The position numbers and the translations under genes are program-made. Shown here in pieces: positions 12,710 to 23,388 of a stretch of 64,000 bases of DNA. How positions within the stretch are numbered: position 1 is the stretch's first letter; every line of letters starts with the position of its first letter. This stretch comes from Blepharisma stoltei ATCC 30299 (Eukaryota; Protista; Ciliophora): positions 496,001 through 560,000 of the forward strand of contig CBFDEM010000060.1 in assembly GCA_965603825.1 (NCBI GenBank), read 5' to 3'. The notes under the pieces were generated by a model. That model was not told where the DNA came from. It made no database searches and was given only the letters and a program-made list of their open reading frames with translations.

Positions 12710-13849
12710 TTAAAATAAGTCACATCTTATGCATTTTGGACTTTCTGCCATTATCTGGTTTTTAGATTTATCTTCAAGAAGTTTATTTTGGACTTGATGG
12801 AATGATTTTTTTACATTTTCTAGGTAATTGTCAGGGTCCATTTTGAGAATAATCTGTGGGCCTTCATCATAGTTTTCATCTTTTGTCTTTTGCTGGTCTT
12901 CTTCAGCCTCAGTCACCAATAAATCTTGATTTTTGTTTTCAAAAGGATTTATTGGTTTTTCATTTTTTGCGTTTAATTCTTTTTCTAACCTTTCAATTTC
13001 TTTTTCTTTTCTCATGCTAGAGTTAATTGTGCGATTCAAGTCTATAACAAGCATATCATTTTCCTCTGCAGCGTTTCTTTTTTGTTTAGCTAATTCTTCA
13101 ATAACTTCTTGAATTTTAGATTTTTCTTCATAATTACTAAAAGAATTTCCTGAAAATTGTTCAGTTTTTCTTAATAGCTTAAGTTTTAAAGCTACTAATT
13201 CCTCTGATTTTTTCTTCATCTCAAACAGTTTGTTTCGGTTATTTTCATAATTTTGTTTTTCTTTGTCTTTTTGATTTTCCAGCTCTTCTATGACCTTTAA
13301 GTCAGTTTTTTGCTTTTCTCTTGCATCTTTGAGCCTTATTTCTAATTCTTTTTTCTTTATTTTTAAATCTTCTTTAGTTGAGGTAGCTTTATTTCTTTTC
13401 TGTAATAGTAAATCTAATTGAAAATCATAATCGCTTTGATTATTTTCAATCTCTTCTTCTAAGGTTTTTCTTTCTTTTGATAAGCATTCTCGGTTATCTA
13501 TTTCTTTATTAATTCTTATTTTCAATTCAGCTATTTCCTGCCTGAATTTTCTATATTCACTATTAAAATCTGTGATTATAATTTTTTGACTGCAAATAAT
13601 ACACATTTTTTCTAGTTTTGAGGTTTCTGGATGTAAGGCTTGCTTAGAAATGCATTTTGCACAGATTCCCCGATAACAAAACATACAACAATTTTTTTGT
13701 GAATGTGAAATTCCAGGAATGTTTAAAGACATCTGACAAACTGTGCATTGTGTGTCAATTTTTCATTGCTCACGGTCTGATGGGAGTTCAATTGGAAGGT
13801 CTTCATCAACGACTTCAGATGCAAAACTGCCTGTAAAGGAAGAATCCAT
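12710..13849 (-). CDS. FYVE-like zinc finger plus coiled-coil protein with Cys-containing C-terminus
   Basis: ATG 13849; Q(TGA=W)KID gives the FYVE WxxD motif, followed by CTVC, CMFC..ICAKC and CIIC; ends CIRCDLF. Confidence 0.8.
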
Positions 13850-14249
13850 ATAATTAATTATTGAATTTTGTTATTTATTCGGCATGCTGGTGAACATTTT
13901 TCGCACAAATAAAATACTATTAAGTTCAAAAAATGAATAATTATGCTATTCTATCTTAGGTAAAACACATCGTTTTTGAGGTAGCGAATTGGGTGAAAAT
14001 ATAAAACAAATTAAAATATAAAATAATTTGTAGGGATTTTCTAATGCAATTATGATGTAAAAACAATAATAACACTTTTAAAATCAGGACTCTAAAGAAT
14101 TTATTCAATTATTTATTCTAAAATTCCATACATTATTGATCTTTTCTTTTTACTGTCTCATATTCAAATCTTTAAATTTTCCATTTTTCCTTTTGAATGT
14201 TTTAGAATCTCCATTTTCATTTTATAGTCTCACATTTTATTATTATAAT

Positions 14250-15191
14250 ATGTTAGGCCATATCAGTAAAAGCATTGATAAAATCGTTGAAAAAACACCA
14301 AAACAAGCACTTTATGGCTTTGCCGCACTAGGCTCATTTTATGTCCTGAGATCTGGCTTTCGAGTTTTGTCTTCTTTTTATAGACATGTAATTCGAAGAC
14401 CTCTCGATTTTCCATCAAGATATGGCAAAGGCAGTTGGGCTCTCGTCACAGGTGGGGCAAATGGAATTGGTAAAGCCTGGTCCCAAGAGCTCGCAAAGCT
14501 AGGTTTTAACATTTTAATTATTGATTTTGACTGAGAAGCTGCCAATCAAGCTAAAGAAACGATTGAGCTTAACTATAAAGTTGTTGTCGAAATGCTCATA
14601 TTAGATCTATCTGATCAAGATAACATTGCAAATGTCGGAAAATTCATAGAAGAAAACAACCTAGACATTTCCATACTCGTCAACAATGCTGGTGCTCACA
14701 AAATGGCTCCAGTTAAGGACATGCCAAATGAAGATATTATGAAACTGATAAACACCAATGTCATAGCTATGACTCTATTGACAAGGCTGCTACTACCAAA
14801 ATTATTAGAAAGAAAACAGAGGTCAGCAATAATCAACATGTCCTCAGTTTCTGCACATATAGGATTCCCTTATTCCACAGTTTATGCAGCTACTAAATCT
14901 TATATAAGGATTTTTTCAGCAAGCTTAAGAGAAGAAATTAAAGAAAAAATTGACGTTTTAGTTGTGTCGCCTGAAGGAGTCAGCACAAATATGACGAAAA
15001 AACCAGTAGGAGGGGATATTGTGAGGCCTGAAGACTGTGTAATAGGAGCTCTTAAAGAGCTTGGAAGAAGAATTGAAACTTTTGGAGCCCCAAGACATAC
15101 GTGGAATGGATGGAAAAACAGCTTTTTTTCTGATGCTACAAGAAGTGAGAGGACTGAAAGATATTTACGGAAATATTTTATTAATAAGTAG
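14250..15191 (+). CDS. Short-chain dehydrogenase/reductase, very-long-chain 3-oxoacyl-CoA reductase (HSD17B12/KCR)-like
   Basis: RYGKGSWALVTGGANGIG, LVNNAG, NMSS and YAATK; fragments joined through TGA 14532-14534. Confidence 0.92.
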
Positions 15192-15203
15192 TCGTTGGGT
15201 CTA

Positions 15204-16625
15204 TTAATCTTGGAATTGGGCATGAAATTTATAGTCATTTATTGAGAAAATGTCATCATTATTGATTTTTTCAAATGCAGAAAATTCTTGGTGGTCTATT
15301 TGACTTCTCCGCTTTAGCCCAAAGTAAGTAAAGTTTCTTGATTCAAGGTCTTTTAGATATATCTTTCCACCAATTCATTCAAATTGAGCGTGTTTTCGAC
15401 TTATTTCATCATTATTTAGTATAATGTCATCCCTTTCTACAGATCTTCCTATTATAAAATTTCTTTCAGTTAAGCGTATCTTTGTTTCCAATCCGTGGAG
15501 CTCTCCTTTATTCCAACGGATTGTAATTTCACTTTTATTAATATAAATGACCTCAAAAATTTGACTTGATTGAATTTTACCTAGCCTGATGATCATTCCT
15601 GGCTGAAGAGCTATTGGATGATTTGGACTGAGTCTTTTCCAGACAATTGATCTATAAAATTCGTTTTTGTCACTATAAGAAGTATCAACACAATAAAATC
15701 CATCATCCAAATTTACAATACACATATGAATTTGGCTGAAATATGACCATATAGGGTCGAAATTTACTTTATTTATATTTTCACCATCTATATATTTCCC
15801 AAATGCAGTTACCCTCTTGGTCTTGTCTTTATTATTAGCAATAATTATCTGCTGCCCTACTTGTAAAAATATCAATTCATTAGGAGCAGCCATAACTGTT
15901 AATGCCAAATTAGGTTTAAAATCACTATTTTTTTCTATTCTATACTTCATACTTTCAATTAGACTATATACTGAATTCAAAATTCTATAGGCATTAAAAG
16001 ACTGATATTCTCCAAAAAATATAAAGCAAAAATCTTCAAGTCCTGGAATGCATGCTTCTGGATGGTCAGAATTATCTGATAAAATATAAGTCACTAATTC
16101 TTTTAGATATCCAGTTTTAAAAAAACCATAAATTTCAAGATAACCTAAGAGTTTTATAGCCGCTTGCTCTAAATTGACTGTATTTATTTCTTTTCATATT
16201 AGCCTTGCTAATTTCTGCATCATTGCTTTTCTCAGTAAGTCTGATATAGGAATATTCTGGTCTTGTATTAACGGGGATAGCCCTATATCTTCGCAAACAA
16301 GAGTTTGGCAAATTTGAGAGCAAAAACAATCAATAAAGTGCTTTGTGAAATAATCCAAAATTTTATAGCCGTCTTCAGGATTATTTTCAAAGGTTAAGCC
16401 TATATTTGTGATATGTTCTGAAAAAAGTAATAACCTTTCTATATAAACTGGAAATGAGTGGACAAACCTAAGTGTCTGAGAAGCTATTGAATGGAGGCGA
16501 GATTCTTGCAATGGATAATTTGGGATTTTTATTGATTTTAATTTATTGTAAAGAGAGACAATATGCTGATTGTTATTCTGATTTGAGGATGGCTCTAGAG
16601 TAGAAAACAGTCTTGATTTCTGCAT
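15204..16625 (-). CDS. FHA-domain protein (473 aa; probably two FHA-like domains)
   Basis: Joined through TGA 16194-16196 and 15375-15377; FIIGRS..ISRKHAQFE(W)..IYLKDLESRNFTY is an FHA domain; TAA 15204-15206. Confidence 0.82.
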
Positions 16626-17007
16626 TTATTATAGAAAATATGAAAGTATTGAACTATTTTGTATAAAATGGGAAAGTCATGAGCCAAAAAGTTTACTTTT
16701 TAACTAATTTAGCTTTATATCAGTCGATATTTTATTTTTATTTAAAAATTAAAATTTGTTTCTAAAATACATTAAGAAGCAGCACATCTAATTTCAATTA
16801 TTAAACATTACTGAAAAAAGAGCATATTAAGCACATTGTTATCTATTAAAGTTTTATAAATATATTAATTAATAATTACTTATTCGCTAATTCCAATTTT
16901 TTCAAATTCTGAATAACAATGAAAAATCATATTTACGATTAAAAAATAATTATTTCAAAATTAAATTAAAATTGTTAATGAAGAACAAGATTTTTGTATG
17001 ACTCTCT

Positions 17008-17436
17008 ATGTTTTGCTGCAATAATAATGAAAAAGAAGCCGAAGAAAACATTACATCAAACAACAATCATTCTATCAACGAAGCTGGAGTAAATTCTGGG
17101 AATCCTTTAAAGGAAATAAGTGAATTTGAGTCACACAACTCATCAAATGTAAAGGTAAAAACTCCAAATATATCAGAAATAATAAATCTAGCTCCACCTG
17201 ACGCAAAATGTTCAGATAAAGGAAGCCCAAACTCAGGAGAGGAAACCAAAAAAGCTTATTTTTTCAGAAGTCCAACGTTTGGAAAACCCTCTTTTTCTGA
17301 CCTTTGTCAGCAGTATGTTGACAAAGAAGAAAGCACTGGCGGAACCAAAATTAAAATTGAAGGAAAATCAGAGAAAAAGAGAAGAAGAAAGCGTAAAGAA
17401 GTGAGTAAGAAAAATTCAAAGGACTCAAAGGATTAA
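17008..17436 (+). CDS. Hypothetical low-complexity protein with N-terminal CC and basic tail
   Basis: 142-aa ATG-to-TAA ORF between AT-rich spacers. Confidence 0.6.
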   Translation: MFCCNNNEKEAEENITSNNNHSINEAGVNSGNPLKEISEFESHNSSNVKVKTPNISEIINLAPPDAKCSDKGSPNSGEETKKAYFFRSPTFGKPSFSDLCQQYVDKEESTGGTKIKIEGKSEKKRRRKRKEVSKKNSKDSKD

Positions 17437-17455
17437 ATGTAAATTATTTGTAAAA

Positions 17456-18865
17456 ATGGAATCATTATATGGAGCGATTAAACAAACTTTAGGCCCATTG
17501 GGAAGAGATATTTTGTTGAGTAAAGCAGCGGTTTTAACAAATCAAGGGAGTATAATAATCGATAATGTGGAAGAGAGTTCTCATTTAGTCCAAGTAGTCA
17601 AGAAAACGTTAAAACACCTAGTAGATGGAAAATCTCAATTTGTAATTCTGAGCTATTTGTTTATAAAAGCAATAGAAACAGAAAGAAGAAATAAAACAGT
17701 TCAAATGATTGAAAAACTGTATTTTTCATGCTTTGATAGAGTTATAATAGAGCCTTTTATCAAAATTGTAAAGCATATTTAGTCAAAAAGAGATGAAAAT
17801 GCTGCAGAAATGCTGGCGTGAACTGCATTATATGGGAAATATACAAGAGAAAAAACAATTGAAATTATAAAAATTGCAGAAAATGCAGCGAATCATGATT
17901 TCAGTTATAGAAATCTGGAGTTTACCTATGAAATTCTTGAAGCCATTTATGTTGGAGATGCAATCAAGCTTGTTAAAGGAAATATAATCAGAGGCCAAAT
18001 CTCAAAAATTTTCTCTGGCAATAGATTAAACCCAAAAATTATCATAATTCCAAGCAGAGACCTTATCCCCGTGTCAATTGAAACAGATATCTCAAATTTA
18101 CTTGAATATTCCTTAAATTTGCAGCAAGAGCTTTTATTATATTTACAAGAAAATAATTTTTCTGTTGCTATTCTAGATTCTTCAGCTCCATTATGAGTAA
18201 AAGACTCATTTTGTTCTCTAAAAACAACTGTGTTAGAAGTACAATTAAAATAGGCTGCCCATCCAGATGATATGAAAAGACTAATTTTAAGCTCTTCTGG
18301 GAATTTATCTGAATCAAAATTCGGGTTTACTTTGAATCTTTCTAGCTATGAGATTATCAGCAATTTATGAGGAGTTTATTTAATTCTTGAATATCCTGAA
18401 GCCCCTCCAACTTTGATTTTGCCAGAAAATCAATTGAGTAAATACGACTTTGAATCAATCAAAAAATTAATTGGGATATGAAAGCAATGATCAATTGATT
18501 ATATAGTAATCCCAGGGGGTGGAATATTTGAAGCTATTGTATCATCAAACTTGCATGAGTTTCCATTATTGCAAACAGTTTTCAGAAATTATTTAAGAGT
18601 TTTATATGAAAATTGTGCCCCAGCATTCCAAGAACCAGAAAAAATGTGAAGAGAATTTTTAGTTAATTTACTTTTGGGGACTCCAAAATCTATCCAAGTT
18701 GACCTCGAAGACGGATCTGCAACTCTTGAATATAATCCAAAAACAGTAGAGTCTCTGAATTTAAAGTAGTTTTTATATAGAATTACAAATTTCAGATTAC
18801 TAATTGAAATGTGGATTCAGTTAGCTAGAATTGACATTATCTTGGAGGACAATAATAAGAAATAG
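17456..18865 (+). CDS. Divergent group II chaperonin-like protein, BBS10/MKKS-like (454 aa; 3 introns, 6 TGA)
   Basis: QTLGPLGRDILL..LTNQG, LVDGKSQFVIL, VIPGGGIFEA and VESLNLK..LARIDII; 15-nt introns 17768-17782, 18239-18253 and 18766-18780. Confidence 0.78.
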
Positions 18866-19032
18866 ATAGAAAAATAAATTAATTATATTAGATAGCAATG
18901 CAAATTATATTCAAATATCAGGCATCCAGGCACTTTTAGGTTTAAAAGATTCTCGTTAATATTTGAAAAATTTAATTAAATAGATATTTTTGAATAATTA
19001 ATGATAATAACCAAATAACTTGATATTTAATA

Positions 19033-19737
19033 ATGGAAGTTCCTTCGAAAAATTTAGCAATAGCAGGATGCGTTATAGCTATTTCAGCTGGAATTCTCGT
19101 CTACTTATATCAAAAGAAAAATCAAAAAAATGATATGCTTAAAGTAGAAATTCTTTCCAAGGAATCTTTTATTGAAATCTGTCAAAAAATCAGAAAGGAG
19201 TATTCCAACAATTATTGGCCAGCAGTTAAGGCATGCCGAATCGAGCGCAGAAAATATCCTCCAAGATCAGAGCATTATGAGCATGCTATAGTAAATTTCC
19301 AAAAAAAGACCAAAGCATTTTTGGACCATGCCACAGAGCATGTAACTAAAAATTATCGAGTTTCTCCTAAAGTTTTTGAAGACTCAGTCAATTACTACGA
19401 CTCTTTCCCAGAGATTTCACAATATTCTGAAGAAATCGTCAAGCCAGCTTATACGGAAGACATAAAATTGCATCTCACTAAAGAGCGAGTTATTGAGTTT
19501 ATGATGTATTACTCGAACCGATTTACTGAGCTTAATGCTGATTATTTAGATTTTGATGAGTATTTAGTCGTCACAAGCCAAATTGAGGATGAAATTTACT
19601 CGAATTATCAAATAGAAGTGGAAGAGCTGAATAATGAGTACGAAAAATATAAAGCTGAGCTTGAAGATATAGTAGAGCCAATGAAGACTCAAACTTCATA
19701 TATTTTAGCTGCTGCTGATGACTCTTTTGAGAACTAA
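19033..19737 (+). CDS. Hypothetical protein with N-terminal membrane anchor
   Basis: 234-aa ORF with hydrophobic LAIAGCVIAISAGILVYLY followed by basic residues. Confidence 0.75.
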   Translation: MEVPSKNLAIAGCVIAISAGILVYLYQKKNQKNDMLKVEILSKESFIEICQKIRKEYSNNYWPAVKACRIERRKYPPRSEHYEHAIVNFQKKTKAFLDHATEHVTKNYRVSPKVFEDSVNYYDSFPEISQYSEEIVKPAYTEDIKLHLTKERVIEFMMYYSNRFTELNADYLDFDEYLVVTSQIEDEIYSNYQIEVEELNNEYEKYKAELEDIVEPMKTQTSYILAAADDSFEN

Positions 19738-19781
19738 GTTTATATCTCATTATTAAACGAATTGCTAGTAAAGAAAATTAT

Positions 19782-21347
19782 TTAGTCATCTTCGATTCCA
19801 TTGAACAACTTCGCTCTGTATTCTGAAATTAGATTTTCCAACTTAAGTTCTTCGCTCTTTTTACTATCTTTCTTCACCCTTCTCTTGCTGGGAGAATCTT
19901 CAAATTCAATCATTTCAATTTCAAAATCATCTTTCCTCTTTCTCTTTGTAGGTTTTTCAGATGAAGCATCTTTTTTCTTTTTGCCTTCAGATTTTGATAC
20001 TTTATTTTCTTTCTCTACAAAAACTTCATTTTCCTCAATTTTTTCTGTTTCTCGAGCTTCCTTCATCATTTTTCTTTTCATTCTTTGTCGCTTACCCCTC
20101 CCCATTTTTGTCGATTTTTCTTCTTTTTCTTCAGTTTTTAATTTTGTTTTAAGCTCTTCTTTCAATTTTTGTTGCCTTGCAAGCTTCAGCTTTCTTAGCC
20201 TGATCATCCTATGATCTTCCAAGGCAAATTCAACAATTGGCTTTTTTCCTTTTCCAAAAATTTTATCATTATTGTTCAGTCCTCTAAGACAAGTCAATGC
20301 ATATTCATGCTCTTTGCACTCTACAAACCCAAACCCTCTAGAAATCGCATTCCCATGTGAGTCCAACTTGTCTTTGTCTCTTTTAATTTTTATCTGTGTA
20401 AATAATTTTTTATTTTCTAGCTCTGGGTTATTTTTTATCAAAATTTGTTTTAAAGCATTTTTCAGCTTTTTTTCATCGACAGCTTTAGGCAAATTTCTTA
20501 TAACAAGCCTTGTTTGTGATACAAAAATATTTGGGTTCATTAATTTTTCTTTTTTGGTTTGGGCTGCACGAGTTCTTCTCTCAATGTCTTCTTTGGTGAG
20601 TGTCGAAAATTCTTCGGAGTTTGGCATAATAATTCCTTCTTTGCTTAAAGCGAGGTTTCTTTTATCAACTTTAGCAGGCTTGGCGGATTTTATTTTGGCT
20701 GCCTCTTCTCTAGAAACAGCGATCATTATGTTAAGCTTTCGGTCATCAAGGACTAGGCCTTCCTCTTCTTTGGATTTTGCTAGGGCTTTTTCGGCGTCTT
20801 CTTGGGATTTATAAGTCACAAAGGCGGTGCCTTTGGATTCTCCTGTGTCTTTGTCTAATACAAGATTAGCGGATTTCAGCTTGCCGAATTGGCTGAAGAA
20901 CTCTTGGAGAGATTCTTCTTCGGTGTCAAAGCTCAGATTTTGTATAAAAAGACACTTTCCTTTGTCTAAACGGTTTGGCTTAGGCTTGGGAGCTTCTTCT
21001 TCCTTTTTTTCTTCTTCAGGCTCTTTGTGTGGCTTGAATTCTTTGTTTAATTCTTCTTGTTTTAGAGCTTGATTATATTTGTCTTTGCTTAAAGAATAAT
21101 CGATAGAAATTTGTCTGTTTTGTATTTTTTTGTTGTTAAGGAGCTTAATAGCTTTTTCTGATATATTTTTCTTCTCGAATTCCACAAAGGCAAAGCCTTT
21201 ATTTCGCTTTTTAGCTTCTTCCCATGGAAGTTTAAGATCGACTATTTCTCCAATCTTTTCAAGCATTTCTCTGAGTGCTTTTTCATCCAGGCTAAATGGA
21301 AGATTTCTAAGAATTAGCCTTCCTCCATGCTTGCCTAATTTTTTCAT
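19782..21347 (-). CDS. RBM28: Nucleolar multi-RRM protein RBM28/Nop4
   Basis: RLILRNLPF..KGFAFVEF; KGTAFV; DKRNLALSKEG; NPNIFVSQTRLVIRNLPK; RGFGFVECKEHEYALTCLRGLNNN..PIVEFALED. Confidence 0.92.
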   Translation of the reverse strand: MKKLGKHGGRLILRNLPFSLDEKALREMLEKIGEIVDLKLPWEEAKKRNKGFAFVEFEKKNISEKAIKLLNNKKIQNRQISIDYSLSKDKYNQALKQEELNKEFKPHKEPEEEKKEEEAPKPKPNRLDKGKCLFIQNLSFDTEEESLQEFFSQFGKLKSANLVLDKDTGESKGTAFVTYKSQEDAEKALAKSKEEEGLVLDDRKLNIMIAVSREEAAKIKSAKPAKVDKRNLALSKEGIIMPNSEEFSTLTKEDIERRTRAAQTKKEKLMNPNIFVSQTRLVIRNLPKAVDEKKLKNALKQILIKNNPELENKKLFTQIKIKRDKDKLDSHGNAISRGFGFVECKEHEYALTCLRGLNNNDKIFGKGKKPIVEFALEDHRMIRLRKLKLARQQKLKEELKTKLKTEEKEEKSTKMGRGKRQRMKRKMMKEARETEKIEENEVFVEKENKVSKSEGKKKKDASSEKPTKRKRKDDFEIEMIEFEDSPSKRRVKKDSKKSEELKLENLISEYRAKLFNGIEDD

Positions 21348-21661
21348 TAAGTTTTATTATTTAAGCCTCTTAATATTTAGCAATTTTTTACTGAAGAAAT
21401 TTTCAAAATAATTATCGCTATAAAAATACCGATATCTTATTTCTGATGAGCTAATTAAAATGTGACTGATTATTACTCTTAATTAGAGAATGACTTAAAC
21501 AGAGCTAAAATATATGCTATCTATTATCTAACAATGTTATTTCCCGTTTATTTAGAATTTATAAATTTTATTTCATAAATAGGTTGATAAAATTATTGCA
21601 TTTTGCCCAAAATTTTGAATCTCTAAAATCTATAATGAACCAATAAAAAATTCAAAATCTC

Positions 21662-22291
21662 ATGTCCGTTAAAATTTTTATGAAATCAACAGAAAGCAGC
21701 GATATAGAAAATATTCTTGAGTCACAAACTTGGAAAAAAGCTTCAAAATCAACTAAGGCTTGATCTACCTTGTCATATCATAACGAACCGAAGAAAGCGC
21801 CAATTTCATTACTACCAAAAATATCATCTCGTCAGAGTAATAGAAATAATACTGACCTATCATTGATGAACAACCCTTTTATAGATTTAAATCAGATCAC
21901 TGCGAATATTAAACTAATTGAAAAGCTGTCTTCCAAGAAGCCAAAAGAAACTGAGATTTCTGACCTTAATAAGTCAATAAGGGTTCCTGCTTTCCCTAAA
22001 AAGCCATTTGGAATGCATACCCAGAGTTTAAATTCAAGTTTATTATTTACTGAAGTGAAAAAGAAACATATCATAAATACAAGCTTGATCGAAGATGATA
22101 TAAAATTAATCAAGTCTATACATGGCAGGCATGTAAGCTGTAAAAATAATAAGATCGAAATATTTGGGCCAAAAGTGCAGCTAAATAAGATTAGAAGATC
22201 TGCAACAACTGTGTCTATACCTAATTTTTCGTCAGAAAAATGGGTTAAGAAAAGAACTTTAAATTTTACTTATAATTATGATGGTAAGTAA
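21662..22291 (+). CDS. Hypothetical basic protein (209 aa)
   Basis: ATG 21662 is in frame with ORF 21770 through one TGA. Confidence 0.65.
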
Positions 22292-23040
22292 TTTAGCTTG
22301 ATAAAATTAGAATTCAAAACTTTATTATCAATAGGCTAAATGCTTAATTTCTTTAATCATTTAGAATAAATAACTATATCAACTTATAGTATTACAATGA
22401 TGTCTAATAAAAAAATAAAAGAGTGCTCACTCAAGTAGTCAATGCGCATAGAAATGATGAAAGGCCATAGATTAAAGCACTATCAGGAGCCCAGCGCTTT
22501 AATTTTAGGGTTCCTATAAAATCAATATTGAATGATGAGCATTGCTGTTCAATGTTTATCCAACTTAATAAATGCCATTCTGCACTCAATGTTAAACTGC
22601 ATACAGAATTTTATTGCTGCAAATGCTATGAATTTGATGAAGGAAATCAAGGGATTGCCATTTTACTATTTCAGACGCAAGCTCCCATGATCCCGCCTCC
22701 AATAGCTCTTGAAAAATGGCAAGCTCAGCTTTTACCTCAATTTTCTATAGACACTATTTTTCAAGACTCTAATTCTTCAAATCCGTTAATTGTGAGATCT
22801 TACACAAATCAACCAAAGATAGTCCTGCGGAGTCAATTTAATTAACTGTTTATAAACTTTAATAGCATATATATATGCCTTTTTGAAATTAAGAAGTATT
22901 AAGTAAAGCTCTGCTTTTCAATATAGTCAGCTTTTATTCAATAAATAAAGCTTTATCAATTTCTCTTATATTTAAAAACCCAAATGACTCTTATTTGTTG
23001 AGTAGCCTAAGTTTTATGTTTTCTAAAGTTAGCAGAGAAT

Positions 23041-23165
23041 TGTTCATCAATATCCAGCCTTTAGCGCAGATTCCAAATATATTTTTTTATAAATGCGAAT
23101 GTGTTTTATCAATATCCAGCCTTTGGCGTAGATTCCAAATTTATTTTTTCATAAATGTGAATGTG
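23041..23165. repeat. Imperfect tandem duplication of a ~62-nt unit (2 copies)
   Basis: ATCAATATCCAGCCTTTAGCGCAGATTCCAAAT..ATAAATGCGAATGTG followed by ATCAATATCCAGCCTTTGGCGTAGATTCCAAAT..ATAAATGTGAATGTG. Confidence 0.9.
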
Positions 23166-23388
23166 ACTCCAAATGGAATGGATTAGTTTTGTCAAACATT
23201 TATTAATAGAATCCTGCCAATCTGCTTTATGCCTATTTTAAATTTAAAAGGAAATTATTATTAAAAATGGAGTAGTATAATATTCAAAGAGTCATTATGA
23301 TGATATTAAAGTAAGATTAATATTTTTAAAGAATTTCCGCTTAATATAAAAACTAAAATGTGTTTAAAATAGATATTCAATAATTTAA

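Noticed and set aside
14900-15238. Minus-strand 112-aa ORF overlapping the SDR 3' end
   Set aside because: Not in frame with the FHA gene, which stops at 15204; it is a shadow of the SDR
19801-21411. Several plus-strand Phe/Ser/Leu-rich ORFs
   Set aside because: Antisense shadows of the Lys/Glu-rich RBM28 gene; the same applies to shadows over the kinesins, CDPK, TRIM-PIMT, POLE2 and the CTD phosphatase
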